The notes beneath the pieces were generated by a model. That model was not told the origin of the DNA. It ran no database searches and saw only the letters and a list, made by a program, of their open reading frames with translations. From a virus (lineage: Duplodnaviria; Caudoviricetes), in the IMG/VR virus record IMGVR_UViG_3300037150_000044, positions 1-53,218 of that record: DNA of 53,218 bases. The stretch is one strand, 5' to 3'. How positions within the stretch are numbered: the stretch's first letter is position 1; each line of letters begins with the position of its first letter. Made by a program: the position numbers and the translations under genes. Of this stretch, positions 19,449 to 28,877 are shown one piece after another.

Positions 19449-19634
19449 TTAGAGGTTAGCTGAGTTCTGCCGGGCTATAAGCTCGGAGGTGTCGGCGGCC
19501 CGTTTCGCTAACTCACACGCGCTGTGCGTTGGGAATAGTCGCGTGTAAGTAGACGGTGTGCCCCCGTACCTTTTGGCCCGCTCACTGGCGGAAGGTACAA
19601 GGACAACGGGTTTATTGCAGATTGTGCAATTCAT
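19449..19634 (-). CDS. small Zn-binding hypothetical protein
   Basis: CTIC...HSAC. Confidence 0.6.
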   Translation of the reverse strand: MNCTICNKPVVLVPSASERAKRYGGTPSTYTRLFPTHSACELAKRAADTSELIARQNSANL

Positions 19635-19646
19635 GTAGCTGTCCCC

Positions 19647-20015
19647 TTATACCGTTGCGGTTAGGATGTCGGCGGCTTGCTGCACCGTCAATTCAATTCC
19701 GAGTTTAGCGGAGACTAACTCCGCAAGGCTGATAGCGTCTTCGCACGGGTTCGACTGCGCGAAGTGCTTGGCGGTCTCGTAGTCGTCTCCCAGCGTCTCA
19801 CGCGTGGAAGGTTCGCTGATAACCGTGGGGGAGATGTCTCCTGCGTCAAGTGCCCGCTGCACGGCCCGCCCGTATGACCCTTGAAGATGTGCGTATATTC
19901 CAGTGTCGAGGAGATGCTGGAGAAGTTCCAACTCTCCATCGCTGTCAAGTTCGCCCGATTCAAATGCGATAATTGCGCCCGTTAGGTCAAACTTCGCTTC
20001 GATAGTGCCCGCCAT
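19647..20015 (-). CDS. hypothetical early protein (122 aa)
   Basis: IIAFESGEL...LQHLLDTG...LQGSYGR motif. Confidence 0.7.
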   Translation of the reverse strand: MAGTIEAKFDLTGAIIAFESGELDSDGELELLQHLLDTGIYAHLQGSYGRAVQRALDAGDISPTVISEPSTRETLGDDYETAKHFAQSNPCEDAISLAELVSAKLGIELTVQQAADILTATV

Positions 20016-20085
20016 GTGATTATCCTCGTACCGCTGAATTTTACCGCTGGAAAGCAGACTACAGGATGCGACCGCTGGTTGTCAA

Positions 20086-20286
20086 CTACTCTTCTAGTGC
20101 GTATACGTACCGCTGGTCTTGCTGCGATACGTTGAACCTGTTCACAGCTTGGTACGCTTCCAACACGGGGAGACCGCTGAGCATCGCGGGTAAGACGCCC
20201 GCTGTTTTGTAATGCTCCGCTGTGAATGGGATGCGCTGAATTTCACCAGTTGCTAAAACCTTGCGCAAATAGGTTGGATGAGGCAT
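20086..20286 (-). CDS. hypothetical protein (66 aa)
   Basis: SD GGAGG. Confidence 0.65.
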   Translation of the reverse strand: MPHPTYLRKVLATGEIQRIPFTAEHYKTAGVLPAMLSGLPVLEAYQAVNRFNVSQQDQRYVYALEE

Positions 20287-20811
20287 TTTGAATCCTCCTA
20301 TAATCTACTCCAAGTATATCACAGCACGGGCCGCAAATCAAATTTGCACCGCTGGAGACCTGCGCACCGCTGATAGCCTGCACCGCTGGGGAATCGCTGG
20401 GAATCGCTGGAGACCTGCACCGCTGATAGCTCACGCAGGCCACGCACGCAGGCCACGCAGGCCACGCACGCAGGCCCGTACCATCTCGCCATGCGGAGAC
20501 GCGGCCCGGAAAAACGCAGGCCACGCACGCAACGCAGGCCCGGCCCGATTAGACGGTATACCGTGGCCTGTATGCTCTAAATGTGCGATTCTAGGCCCGT
20601 AGCAGGCCCGTGGCGGCCCGCGTACCATCTTAGGTATGCTCTAGTATGGCGGAATTGACCACGGGCCTGCAATGCGCGGGAATTGGCAAAACGTCAAAAC
20701 AGGCCGGGCCGGGCCTGTATCCTGATACGCAACGCAGGCCCGCACGGTTACAAAGGAAACGGGCCGGAACCTATTGCAGGCCCGGCCCGGAACGTGGAAC
20801 GCGTTGCACGT

Positions 20812-21486
20812 CTAAAATGGTATGCGTGTCTGATCATGCGAGTTTCCCCAACGGACCTGATTAGTTCCGCCGATGGTACCGTCTCCGTGCCCGCGTTCTA
20901 CAATCCAACATATAGCCTGCAATTGTGCGGGCCGCATGTTTAGCTTACGGGCCGCGTTGCGGTATGCGGTTTCGATTGAAACGTACCGCATACGGTCTAA
21001 ATGATTCATTAGCTTTTCGTCTGTAAATCCGCAAGCTCTAGCGGTCCAAACGTCAATTGTTACGCGTTCCAAGTCTCCGCATAGATTAGCGAAAAACGAG
21101 CATACCTTAGGCCCGGAAACTAAAGACGTGTCTCCCGTCTCTGCTATATGCCATGCCTTAGCAACGTTGCGTCTTATGCCTGCGACTATCGGGGGAACGC
21201 GATTCCCCTGAGACGCGGCCCGCACTATCTTGCGCGTACCTTCTACGTTAGTTTGCCATGAATTGCGCGGAGACAATACCGCGCATATCGCAGGCACCGC
21301 GCGGCCCGGCTTATCCCATACGGAAACCGGCCCGCACGCGGTTTGCCTGATCGTCTCTAACGTTTCGATTGCGCGAGGGTACCACGTTTTCCCGTCTGTA
21401 ATCTCCGCACGCGTTGCAAGTTCAAAGCACGCGAGAATGTTTTTAGTGAACTGGGGAACGTTGCCAAGATGGTCTATTTTCACCAT
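20812..21486 (-). CDS. conserved phage protein with DNA-glycosylase/HhH-like motifs
   Basis: WY...AVLSPRNSWQTN...SGPKVCSFFANL...VTIDVW...PAQLQAICW. Confidence 0.7.
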   Translation of the reverse strand: MVKIDHLGNVPQFTKNILACFELATRAEITDGKTWYPRAIETLETIRQTACGPVSVWDKPGRAVPAICAVLSPRNSWQTNVEGTRKIVRAASQGNRVPPIVAGIRRNVAKAWHIAETGDTSLVSGPKVCSFFANLCGDLERVTIDVWTARACGFTDEKLMNHLDRMRYVSIETAYRNAARKLNMRPAQLQAICWIVERGHGDGTIGGTNQVRWGNSHDQTRIPF

Positions 21487-21607
21487 TGTCTTATTGTCTC
21501 CGTTGCTATGATACCGTTTGCAGGCCCGTATGCGGCCCGTGATGCGATTGATAGAAGCAAACCGGGCCGGAACCTATACAAGGCCCGGCCCGGCCTGCGT
21601 TGCGGGC

Positions 21608-22228
21608 CTAATACTCGATTGTCAACCCATCCAACGTGCGAGGAAACCGGGCCGCATCCAATCCGTGTACGCGTTGCAGGTATTCGATAGTAAAGGCCCG
21701 TTGGTCTTCTACGAATTCCCCCGTCAATTCGTATGCGTCCAATTGGCCTAAAATCTCTGCGTCAAGGATGCAGGCCCATCTGTGCTTATCCGTGCCGGAC
21801 GGGCCGCGCAACTTCCAAACTTGGGCAATTTGCAAGCGCATCGCTTCAGTTTCTCCGGCCCGTGAAAAATCAGAGTCGCACGCGATATGCGCGGAATCAT
21901 GCCATGCGCGGAATTGGAAATTTGTCCATGCGGTACCGTAAATGGTACGGTCTGAAAAATTACCGTTGACAGTGAGAAAACCAAACGCGTTGAAATTCTC
22001 GCGCATTGCGGCAAAATCTGCGAACTGAGACGCAGACACGCGGAAACGTGGCGCGAGGAGTGAAACCACGTAGTCAAACGTTGGATCAATACCGGAACCA
22101 CTAACACTCGCGTGCGTTGCGGGCCGCGTTGCAGGATAGTGCGCAGAGATGCGGGCCGGGCCTGCGTTGACGTTGCGGGCCGGAACTTGGGAGAGATGCG
22201 CGAGATTAGAAGCGATTGCGAGATTCAT
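21608..22228 (-). CDS. hypothetical protein (FRAWHD family)
   Basis: NFQFRAWHDSAH...FSRAGE...EILGQ; SD GGAG. Confidence 0.7.
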   Translation of the reverse strand: MNLAIASNLAHLSQVPARNVNAGPARISAHYPATRPATHASVSGSGIDPTFDYVVSLLAPRFRVSASQFADFAAMRENFNAFGFLTVNGNFSDRTIYGTAWTNFQFRAWHDSAHIACDSDFSRAGETEAMRLQIAQVWKLRGPSGTDKHRWACILDAEILGQLDAYELTGEFVEDQRAFTIEYLQRVHGLDAARFPRTLDGLTIEY

Positions 22229-22295
22229 TGTATTAGTCTCCAGTGTTACAGGTTAGAAACGCGTTGCGGTTAGTATAGCACGGGCCGGGCCTGCG

Positions 22296-22568
22296 TCACT
22301 TAGCAGTTATGAAACGGGCCTGTATTGCGAGACGTTCCACTAGGATGCACGTTTGATTGTTGACTATGACAATTGCACGGGCCGCAACTTCTACAGCGTT
22401 TCTATCGTCTGTGACGCATTCGATTACTAATGCGTCTTCAGGGATACCGCGAAACAGGCCATGGGCCGCGATGATAGTGCAATCTAGGCCCGCGCATTGC
22501 ATAATGAATTCGATACCGGGCCTGTTTATATCTTCAGTACAGATACGGTACAAATAGCAGTTTTTCAT
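22296..22568 (-). CDS. hypothetical protein (90 aa)
   Basis: SD GAGGT; plausible alpha/beta pattern. Confidence 0.6.
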   Translation of the reverse strand: MKNCYLYRICTEDINRPGIEFIMQCAGLDCTIIAAHGLFRGIPEDALVIECVTDDRNAVEVAARAIVIVNNQTCILVERLAIQARFITAK

Positions 22569-22763
22569 TAGTTTACCTCGTTTATTGCAATCATTTCCGC
22601 GTCACATTCCGCGATAGACGGTATCGGGTTATCTCTCACATATTGACGTGCTACAAGGCTAGAAGCGGCCCGTGCTGTATGCACGTTATGGGGGAGTGTT
22701 AGCAGAGTGGCAAGCGATTGGATGTAATTTTTCACGGTCGAAAACTCCTGAGATGAGATGAGG

Positions 22764-22970
22764 TTAGATGGTACGGTTAGATAGAAGATTGCACGCTTCC
22801 CAGAAGGTGAGATATCCGTGCGCTTCAGTGTAGAATGGAGTTATACCGTACCACGGAGCGGCTTGTAATACCGTACCTGATATGGTTACTGTAGTTAGTT
22901 TTCCCGTAGTTTGCGCGGTGTCGTATGCGTTTAGAATTTCCGCTTGAACCTTTGCGTATTTCTGAGTCAT
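22764..22970 (-). CDS. hypothetical protein (68 aa)
   Basis: SD GGAG. Confidence 0.55.
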   Translation of the reverse strand: MTQKYAKVQAEILNAYDTAQTTGKLTTVTISGTVLQAAPWYGITPFYTEAHGYLTFWEACNLLSNRTI

Positions 22971-23011
22971 TTTGATTCGTCTCCAGACACGGTTAGAGAT
23001 GCGTTGACGGT

Positions 23012-23215
23012 TTAGCGGCCCGCAGTGGGAACCACAAAAGGTTCAGAATTGAAATACACGTCAAACACTCCCCTACGCGGACTAGAGATGATGGCCTGCG
23101 TTATTCCGGTCTCTACCAGACACGCAGCAACGGTTTGCGCATCATCGTATCCTAAACACATTATTGTGATACGTGTAGTTACCGTGCGGCCCGCGAGAAT
23201 TTCGTTTATTGTCAT
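23012..23215 (-). CDS. hypothetical protein (67 aa), first gene of the putative early run
   Basis: SD AAAGGAG; TTGACA promoter-like element near 23355-23384. Confidence 0.6.
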   Translation of the reverse strand: MTINEILAGRTVTTRITIMCLGYDDAQTVAACLVETGITQAIISSPRRGVFDVYFNSEPFVVPTAGR

Positions 23216-23229
23216 GATGCTTTACTCCT

Positions 23230-25180
23230 TTAGGTTATTAGAATGAATGGGTCGGAATGAATGAAAACAGGAAATTTATTAGGTAGTATGCGGAGATGAG
23301 ACTTGCGAGTGTCAGAAACAAATAAGCACGCATGGCGAAACCTCACTATTGATACTGTAACACTATTTCCGCGTTGCGTGTCAAATTTATTCTTACATCG
23401 TTTGGGGGATGCGTTGTGCGAGACCGAGACCGGGCCGGAAACGAATAAAATATGCGTATCTATATATAGAGAGTTTTTTGCATGTTTACTTACTAATAAC
23501 GTGCTACTCAAAAAGTTACAAAATAGTAAATGGGCCGCAATCGCGCATAATCGACCTATACGGGCCTGCTATTTTGACCCATATGCAGGTATGCACGTTT
23601 TCAGACGGGCCGCTACGGGCTTGCAATGCGCAGCAATCGCTATGTTGGTTTCGCTTTTCTTTCACCTAAAAGCGTACAAAAAGCGAAACTGTCAACGTGT
23701 CGTTTTCAATCTAAAGAAGTTATGAGGAATTGGTCTGACCACTTGCATAATGGGCCTATTGAGCAATTGAAGTGCCAAACTCGCACGGTTTCCGCGTCAA
23801 ATTGTGCAAAACTTGCGGGCCGGGCCTGCGTGTCTCCGTGGCCTATTTCAGACCGTATTAGTCCGCATTATCTCAGACCGTGCGAGTCGCATTTACTACT
23901 TTATAAATACACGTGCATAATTCGTTACTGTTGCTCAAATGGTAAATGTGCGTGCATATCTTGACACGTTCCCTATAGGGTATTGACTAAATGATAAACG
24001 TACGTGATACGTGAGACAATACCAGATTAGTCAATAGCACGCGGCCCGGCCTGCGTCCAAAATGCCACGGTCTAACCTGCGAGATGCAACGCGAGATGCA
24101 ACGCAAGACGGAGACGCAACACAGGCCCATTACAGCACGCGAGACGCGGCCCGGTTATGATCGTATGACAAGCGGCCCGGCCCGTACAAATACGCGTTCT
24201 ATTCGACGCGAGTCTAGAACGCGTATTTATATCGTTTCCGGCCCGGCCTGCGTGCAATGGTCTTGATTCCCTATAGACGTGTCCCAGTGTCCAATAGACT
24301 TGTATGGTCTTGCGATACGTATTAGATACGTAATGGGAAGCGTATGCGAGACTGGTTAGGCTAGGCTATCCGGCATGCAGAACAGCAGCGTGACAGCCAG
24401 CAGCGCGCGATTAGACCCATTCAACATTTCCCTATATTGTTGAATCATTGACCATCCTCTTTTTTATCAATACGTTACAGGCAAACGCTCTATTTACTGC
24501 GAGATGCGCGAACCAAACGCACGCGAGGATATAGACACGCAGTCCGGGCAAACAAAGGCACGTAAGTGTAAGAAAACAAAGTAGTAAGGAGTCTCTAAGC
24601 ATTCCCAGCGATAGGCCGGGCCGGAGAGTCTCCCCACCCTGCCTCGCCGTGTGACGGCTGACGCGGCCAAAACGGATCGCATACGGTTCTATAGTTGCAC
24701 CTGTTCAGGATTCCCTGTAGACAAGCACCCTTTACACAAGGTACCATCTGTAGGAGTCCCCACCTCCCCCACCGCTACTAATGGGTGCTTGTGGGTGTAA
24801 ATGGGTATGACAAGGATACTTGACACGGGGGTATAGGGGGTAGTGGGAGTCCCGGCAGAGGATTCGTAGGAGTCCCACCGTCCTCTGAAACGGGCCTGCG
24901 CGGGGCGTAGAGGGGTCTAGGTGCTCTCGCTGGCTCGTTAGGGTACGTAGGGAGGCTCCCCGGCCACCGACGCCGTGTAGGGCCGCTGGGACGCAGGACA
25001 GGTACGCAGACGCACAAAAGCCCCCTCAGGATCGAAGGGGCTTAGGGTCATTCGTATTTGATACGCTTGTTAGTTGCACCCGGATGGGCAGACGGGGCCG
25101 TTAGTCCAGAGCCGCGTTTCGAGGTAGACCCGCGCCGTCTCAGCATCGGGGATCAGAGCGAAGAGTTGAAAGGTGCTGAT
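23230..25180. other. about 1.9-kb non-coding region: candidate genome terminus or origin
   Basis: No credible ORFs, inverted and direct repeats, abrupt change in sequence character on either side. Confidence 0.45.
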
Positions 25181-25191
25181 AGTGGATTTGC

Positions 25192-25389
25192 TCATCCTGC
25201 ACCCTGTAGCTTCTCTATGGCCATCGTTGGGGCATCGGGCAACAATTCAATAGCCTCATCAATCGCTGTTCGCAGTATTCCTACCGTTTCCTCCGATTTA
25301 CACAGAGGGCAGTAATTGAAGAATCCGTCATGGGTGCGCAGCACAACGGCCCCAACGTGAGCTTCGCAAACGTAGATACATGCGCTCAT
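25192..25389 (-). CDS. small Cys-rich hypothetical protein
   Basis: CEAH...CPLC; ATGA overlap. Confidence 0.6.
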   Translation of the reverse strand: MSACIYVCEAHVGAVVLRTHDGFFNYCPLCKSEETVGILRTAIDEAIELLPDAPTMAIEKLQGAG

Positions 25390-25562
25390 ATCTTCACCTG
25401 TGCCTTGATGAGCAACTCGACCTGATCCAACGCGCTTGAAATGTGCTCAAAATCAAGCGCGTTAGTGGTGTCCTTGCCGTAGCGAACCACAGTGTAAAGG
25501 TGGTCGTGAATGCTGTTGAGTGCGTCGATAGCTGTAATGGGTTTCAGTTCAGTTTGCGGCAT
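25386..25562 (-). CDS. hypothetical protein
   Basis: SD GGAGG before MPQTELK. Confidence 0.55.
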   Translation of the reverse strand: MPQTELKPITAIDALNSIHDHLYTVVRYGKDTTNALDFEHISSALDQVELLIKAQVKI

Positions 25563-25749
25563 ATTCGGCCTCCAATTCCTCTGCCACATCAAGACACTTC
25601 TGCGAACAGTGCCAAACTCCATCCTTCGCGGAGAAGTTCTCTCCAATTCCTTCGCGGAAACCTGGATCGGTCTGGTCGGAGGGGTACTGCTTGCCGCAAG
25701 GTTCGTTGCATACTTGGCAGTAGATGATCTTCATCGGTGTATCCTCCAT
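25549..25749 (-). CDS. small Zn-finger protein
   Basis: CQVC...HCSQKC. Confidence 0.6.
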   Translation of the reverse strand: MEDTPMKIIYCQVCNEPCGKQYPSDQTDPGFREGIGENFSAKDGVWHCSQKCLDVAEELEAEYAAN

Positions 25750-25752
25750 GCC

Positions 25753-25971
25753 TCAATAGTACATAACTCCCTCGTGGGAGTCAAGTATATAATTCCCATT
25801 GCTAGGCAGCTTGAAGTCGAATGGGGAGGGGTGGCGACAGACCGCCAGTGGTTCAGGCTTCTTCCAGATGACCGGGATGCCGTGCGGAGGGGAGAACACC
25901 AACTCAGAAGTCTCCCATCCCGTCATGAACGGGTTCTCAATTAGGGATACCTTGAACGTTCGTTGTTTCAT
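25753..25971 (-). CDS. hypothetical protein
   Basis: ATGA overlap, SD AAGGTGG. Confidence 0.55.
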   Translation of the reverse strand: MKQRTFKVSLIENPFMTGWETSELVFSPPHGIPVIWKKPEPLAVCRHPSPFDFKLPSNGNYILDSHEGVMYY

Positions 25972-26174
25972 GAGACCACCTTTCGGTTGAGAGACACAGC
26001 CTGCCAATAGTTGCTGAGTACCCGTACCGGATTACTGTCAGGGAAAACCAAGACCTGAATGCCATTCACCTTCTGCAAGGCGATGACGTTGTTCTTGAAC
26101 GCGAACTCCTGCATCTCGCGGAACACGTCGATGAATTCTGTGCCCGGTGCGGACTCTACTTTGATTGTCAGCAT
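25968..26174 (-). CDS. hypothetical protein
   Basis: Operon packing. Confidence 0.55.
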   Translation of the reverse strand: MLTIKVESAPGTEFIDVFREMQEFAFKNNVIALQKVNGIQVLVFPDSNPVRVLSNYWQAVSLNRKVVS

Positions 26175-26185
26175 AGTGTGCCTAC

Positions 26186-26392
26186 TCAGTTTCTGAAACG
26201 CATCCACGTTTCGGGTGGCGGCCCCATGATGAATCCGATCTGCGGCTCAGATGGGTCAGGGTCGTTAGGAAACCGGCCTCCAGTGCGTCCGCAGCCTTCG
26301 CATGGGTGTGAGATATGGCTCAAGCAACCGGGATGGCTACAGGCCACTCCGGGCCGCAGGGGTTCGTTGTTGGGTACGCGGATCAGTCGCAT
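26186..26392 (-). CDS. small Cys/His-rich protein
   Basis: CSHPGCLSHISHPCEGCGR. Confidence 0.6.
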   Translation of the reverse strand: MRLIRVPNNEPLRPGVACSHPGCLSHISHPCEGCGRTGGRFPNDPDPSEPQIGFIMGPPPETWMRFRN

Positions 26393-26604
26393 ATCGTACC
26401 CGGAGGCCCGAAGGTGTCGAGACTTGTTAGTGTGTCCTGATCGTCAAGGAACGTGAGGTATCGGTACGCGACATCGTTGCCGGTCTCGCCCTCTTTACGG
26501 AATCCCTTAGGGATGGCAATGACGCCTGAAAAGCAAGAGCCTTCTGCTGGCTTCACCGACTTGCCGCGCAAAGAACCAACCATACCGTTCATGGCGTCAA
26601 TCAT
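26383..26604 (-). CDS. hypothetical protein
   Basis: ATGA overlap. Confidence 0.55.
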   Translation of the reverse strand: MIDAMNGMVGSLRGKSVKPAEGSCFSGVIAIPKGFRKEGETGNDVAYRYLTFLDDQDTLTSLDTFGPPGTICD

Positions 26605-27032
26605 ACTCCCACCTCAGGTTTGTTGGGGAATACCGGCTTCTGCTCCATCCACTGCCGGAACTCTGCCGTGGTCATCGGCTTGCTCTTTCCGACCATGTTA
26701 CGATCCTCGCCGTCCTTGACAGGTACTAGGTAGTGACCGAATCCGTCAAGACTGGTGCAGACAATCTTCATCAGCGGCTTGAACCACGAGAGGGCTGCCG
26801 GTTGCGCCGGTACAGGCTGTGCGAAGATCATGCGTTCGTTGGCCCATCTGGGTGTCCCGGCCTTCTGCTGATGAACGAACTCGAACATGACCTCGCCGCA
26901 GGCTTCGCACGCGATACTGAACTTGGCGTAAGGCTGGTCAGGATTACAGACGGCCCGGCATTCCTTGCCGACTTCCACACCATTGCGTATACGTCTCATG
27001 TTCTCAGTCTTTGGCGGTGGCCCCATGATCAT
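26601..27032 (-). CDS. hypothetical protein (143 aa)
   Basis: ATGA overlap; CEAC. Confidence 0.65.
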   Translation of the reverse strand: MIMGPPPKTENMRRIRNGVEVGKECRAVCNPDQPYAKFSIACEACGEVMFEFVHQQKAGTPRWANERMIFAQPVPAQPAALSWFKPLMKIVCTSLDGFGHYLVPVKDGEDRNMVGKSKPMTTAEFRQWMEQKPVFPNKPEVGV

Positions 27033-27313
27033 CGTGTCACTCCCCGGCGCAAGACCTCAATTGGGAATAGCTTGTGTGCTGCTTTGTTCGCAGGAACCCA
27101 CTTACCGTCGTACTTGGAATAGATACTGCTGCCTAGGCCAACGGTGCCGTCTTCTCGCAGCTTAGCCCTGCCTCCTCGACCGGGGTTCACAATCGTAGGC
27201 CCGAAAGGAGTCACTGTCACGCGCACTCGGTACACGCGCTTCTTATCGTCCTCAAGCCATACGTACGGCCACTTGAACATTCGTGCTAAAATCCTAATCA
27301 CCAATTTGATCAT
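27029..27313 (-). CDS. hypothetical protein (94 aa)
   Basis: Operon packing. Confidence 0.6.
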   Translation of the reverse strand: MIKLVIRILARMFKWPYVWLEDDKKRVYRVRVTVTPFGPTIVNPGRGGRAKLREDGTVGLGSSIYSKYDGKWVPANKAAHKLFPIEVLRRGVTR

Positions 27314-27705
27314 TTTACCCCCTCAGAGTAACTGCCGGGCCGTGGCCCAAACTTCGGTTTCGCTTGCTGCTTCGCTCGGATCGCTTCAACCTTCGTCCAT
27401 ACCCGGCGTATCTCTACCCACGCACAGTCGATCATGTCGATGGTGTGAGCGTTGCATAGGGCCGCCAGCGTAACCATCACACCTCCGACCTCCTGCTTCG
27501 TCTCACCGATAGGACGCTCGAACACGTACTCAACAAGATCAAGAGCTTCGTCCTTCGTACACCCGGCAGACTGAACAAGCTCTAAGGCTTCTTCAAGGAA
27601 ACGATGGTTGCGCTCCTTCTTGTCGTTGGAGATTTCCTCTCCGAAACAAGCGATGCACCACCGCCTGACCTCACGTTGAATGCTGCGGACGTATTCAAGC
27701 ATCAT
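27310..27705 (-). CDS. MazG-like all-alpha NTP pyrophosphohydrolase
   Basis: ERNHRFLEEALELVQ...QEVGGVMVTLAALC. Confidence 0.75.
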   Translation of the reverse strand: MMLEYVRSIQREVRRWCIACFGEEISNDKKERNHRFLEEALELVQSAGCTKDEALDLVEYVFERPIGETKQEVGGVMVTLAALCNAHTIDMIDCAWVEIRRVWTKVEAIRAKQQAKPKFGPRPGSYSEGVK

Positions 27706-27866
27706 TTCTCCTTCGGCTCGTGCCAGCATTCTCCACCGGCCTTAGGGCAGTAGTAGAATCCTTCTGGAACAGTCACCCATCTGAAGTGACCATCTACGCG
27801 AACCGTATTTTTCACAACTACCTTGGCGCAGTACCGGCATAGACGTTTCTCGACAGGATTAGACAT
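27702..27866 (-). CDS. small Zn-finger protein (54 aa, not in ORF track)
   Basis: MSNPVEKRLCRYCAK...YCPKAGGECWHEPKEK*; fills the gap with overlapping ends. Confidence 0.55.
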   Translation of the reverse strand: MSNPVEKRLCRYCAKVVVKNTVRVDGHFRWVTVPEGFYYCPKAGGECWHEPKEK

Positions 27867-28864
27867 CAGTATGCCCTCCATCTAACAGCGTCGATCACTG
27901 CGTTGCGATAATGCTTGTACACGAAGTCGTTGATCCATCTGGTGTTCGGCTTCTCAGGCAGAGTGGAAACCTTCTCCGCCTCTTCGACCAGAACAAGCAG
28001 CGTCTCGATACGCTCAGCTACTTGCTTGAACGGAACCTTGCCCAGCTTCACATCGAGCACGTAGCTCTTGAAGGACAGCGGGAAAGTAATCTTGTGCTCG
28101 TGCAGGAGTTCGAGTGCTTCATGTCCGACTCGGACGGCGTGCGACAAAGCCTTCCAGTCGATGCCCTCGTTGTCCTGAGCCTTCTTCGCCCGGTCACCAT
28201 ACCCGTTGTAGACGCGTTCGTAAATCTCGCGTGCTAGTTTCACATTTGCTGTGAAGGGTACCAGCTTGTTGCAGCACTCGAAGTACGTCTCTGTTCCGAT
28301 GCCGGTCTGGTGCTCCTTCTCGATTACTGCCATGTGATCCGGGTGCTCCTTCGTCAGTCTGTTGAGCACTAGCGAGAACTCCCCAATCTTTGCAGTCGTG
28401 GACGCAGACTCCAACTTTGCGAAGAACTCATACGCAGCTTGTGAGGCTGCTACCCGGCTGCCCTTGATCCCGTACTTGTTCGCCTGCGTGCGGCAGTAGC
28501 CGACAAATGCTGAACTCCTCTTGGAAATCAGTCGGTAGCGGTTCGCAACAATCTCTTCCCAAATGGGCGAGGACGTGATGAGATTCTTCTCCGGTGCAAA
28601 GAGCATGTCGAGCGCAAGAGTCTCGCCCTTCACACACAACTCGAAGAACCGATGCAACGCGAACGATTCATCGTCAACGTCGTCAGGGTTGTTACGCTCA
28701 CCCTCTACCTTGCGCCGGGCCGGTTGCCGGTAACTATCTGCGACCTTCTGCATCACGATGTCTGAGCAGGCGGGGATATGAACCGATTTGTAGTCGAGGT
28801 CGGACAGCGGCGTGTTAGTGCCGTATAGGTGCGACCCAAATTGAACTCGAACGATGTTTTGCAT
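27866..28864 (-). CDS. Pol-beta superfamily nucleotidyltransferase (YcgL/RlaP-like)
   Basis: FGSHLYGTNTPLSDLDYK, QANKYGIKGSR, DWKALSHAVR. Confidence 0.85.
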   Translation of the reverse strand: MQNIVRVQFGSHLYGTNTPLSDLDYKSVHIPACSDIVMQKVADSYRQPARRKVEGERNNPDDVDDESFALHRFFELCVKGETLALDMLFAPEKNLITSSPIWEEIVANRYRLISKRSSAFVGYCRTQANKYGIKGSRVAASQAAYEFFAKLESASTTAKIGEFSLVLNRLTKEHPDHMAVIEKEHQTGIGTETYFECCNKLVPFTANVKLAREIYERVYNGYGDRAKKAQDNEGIDWKALSHAVRVGHEALELLHEHKITFPLSFKSYVLDVKLGKVPFKQVAERIETLLVLVEEAEKVSTLPEKPNTRWINDFVYKHYRNAVIDAVRWRAY

Positions 28865-28877
28865 ATCCCCTCCTGAG

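Noticed and set aside
20431-20540. (gcaggccacgcac)n repeats as a mini-CRISPR or coding repeat
   Set aside because: Short, irregular and spacerless; the overlapping ORFs are low-complexity artefacts. Treated as part of the motif-rich region.
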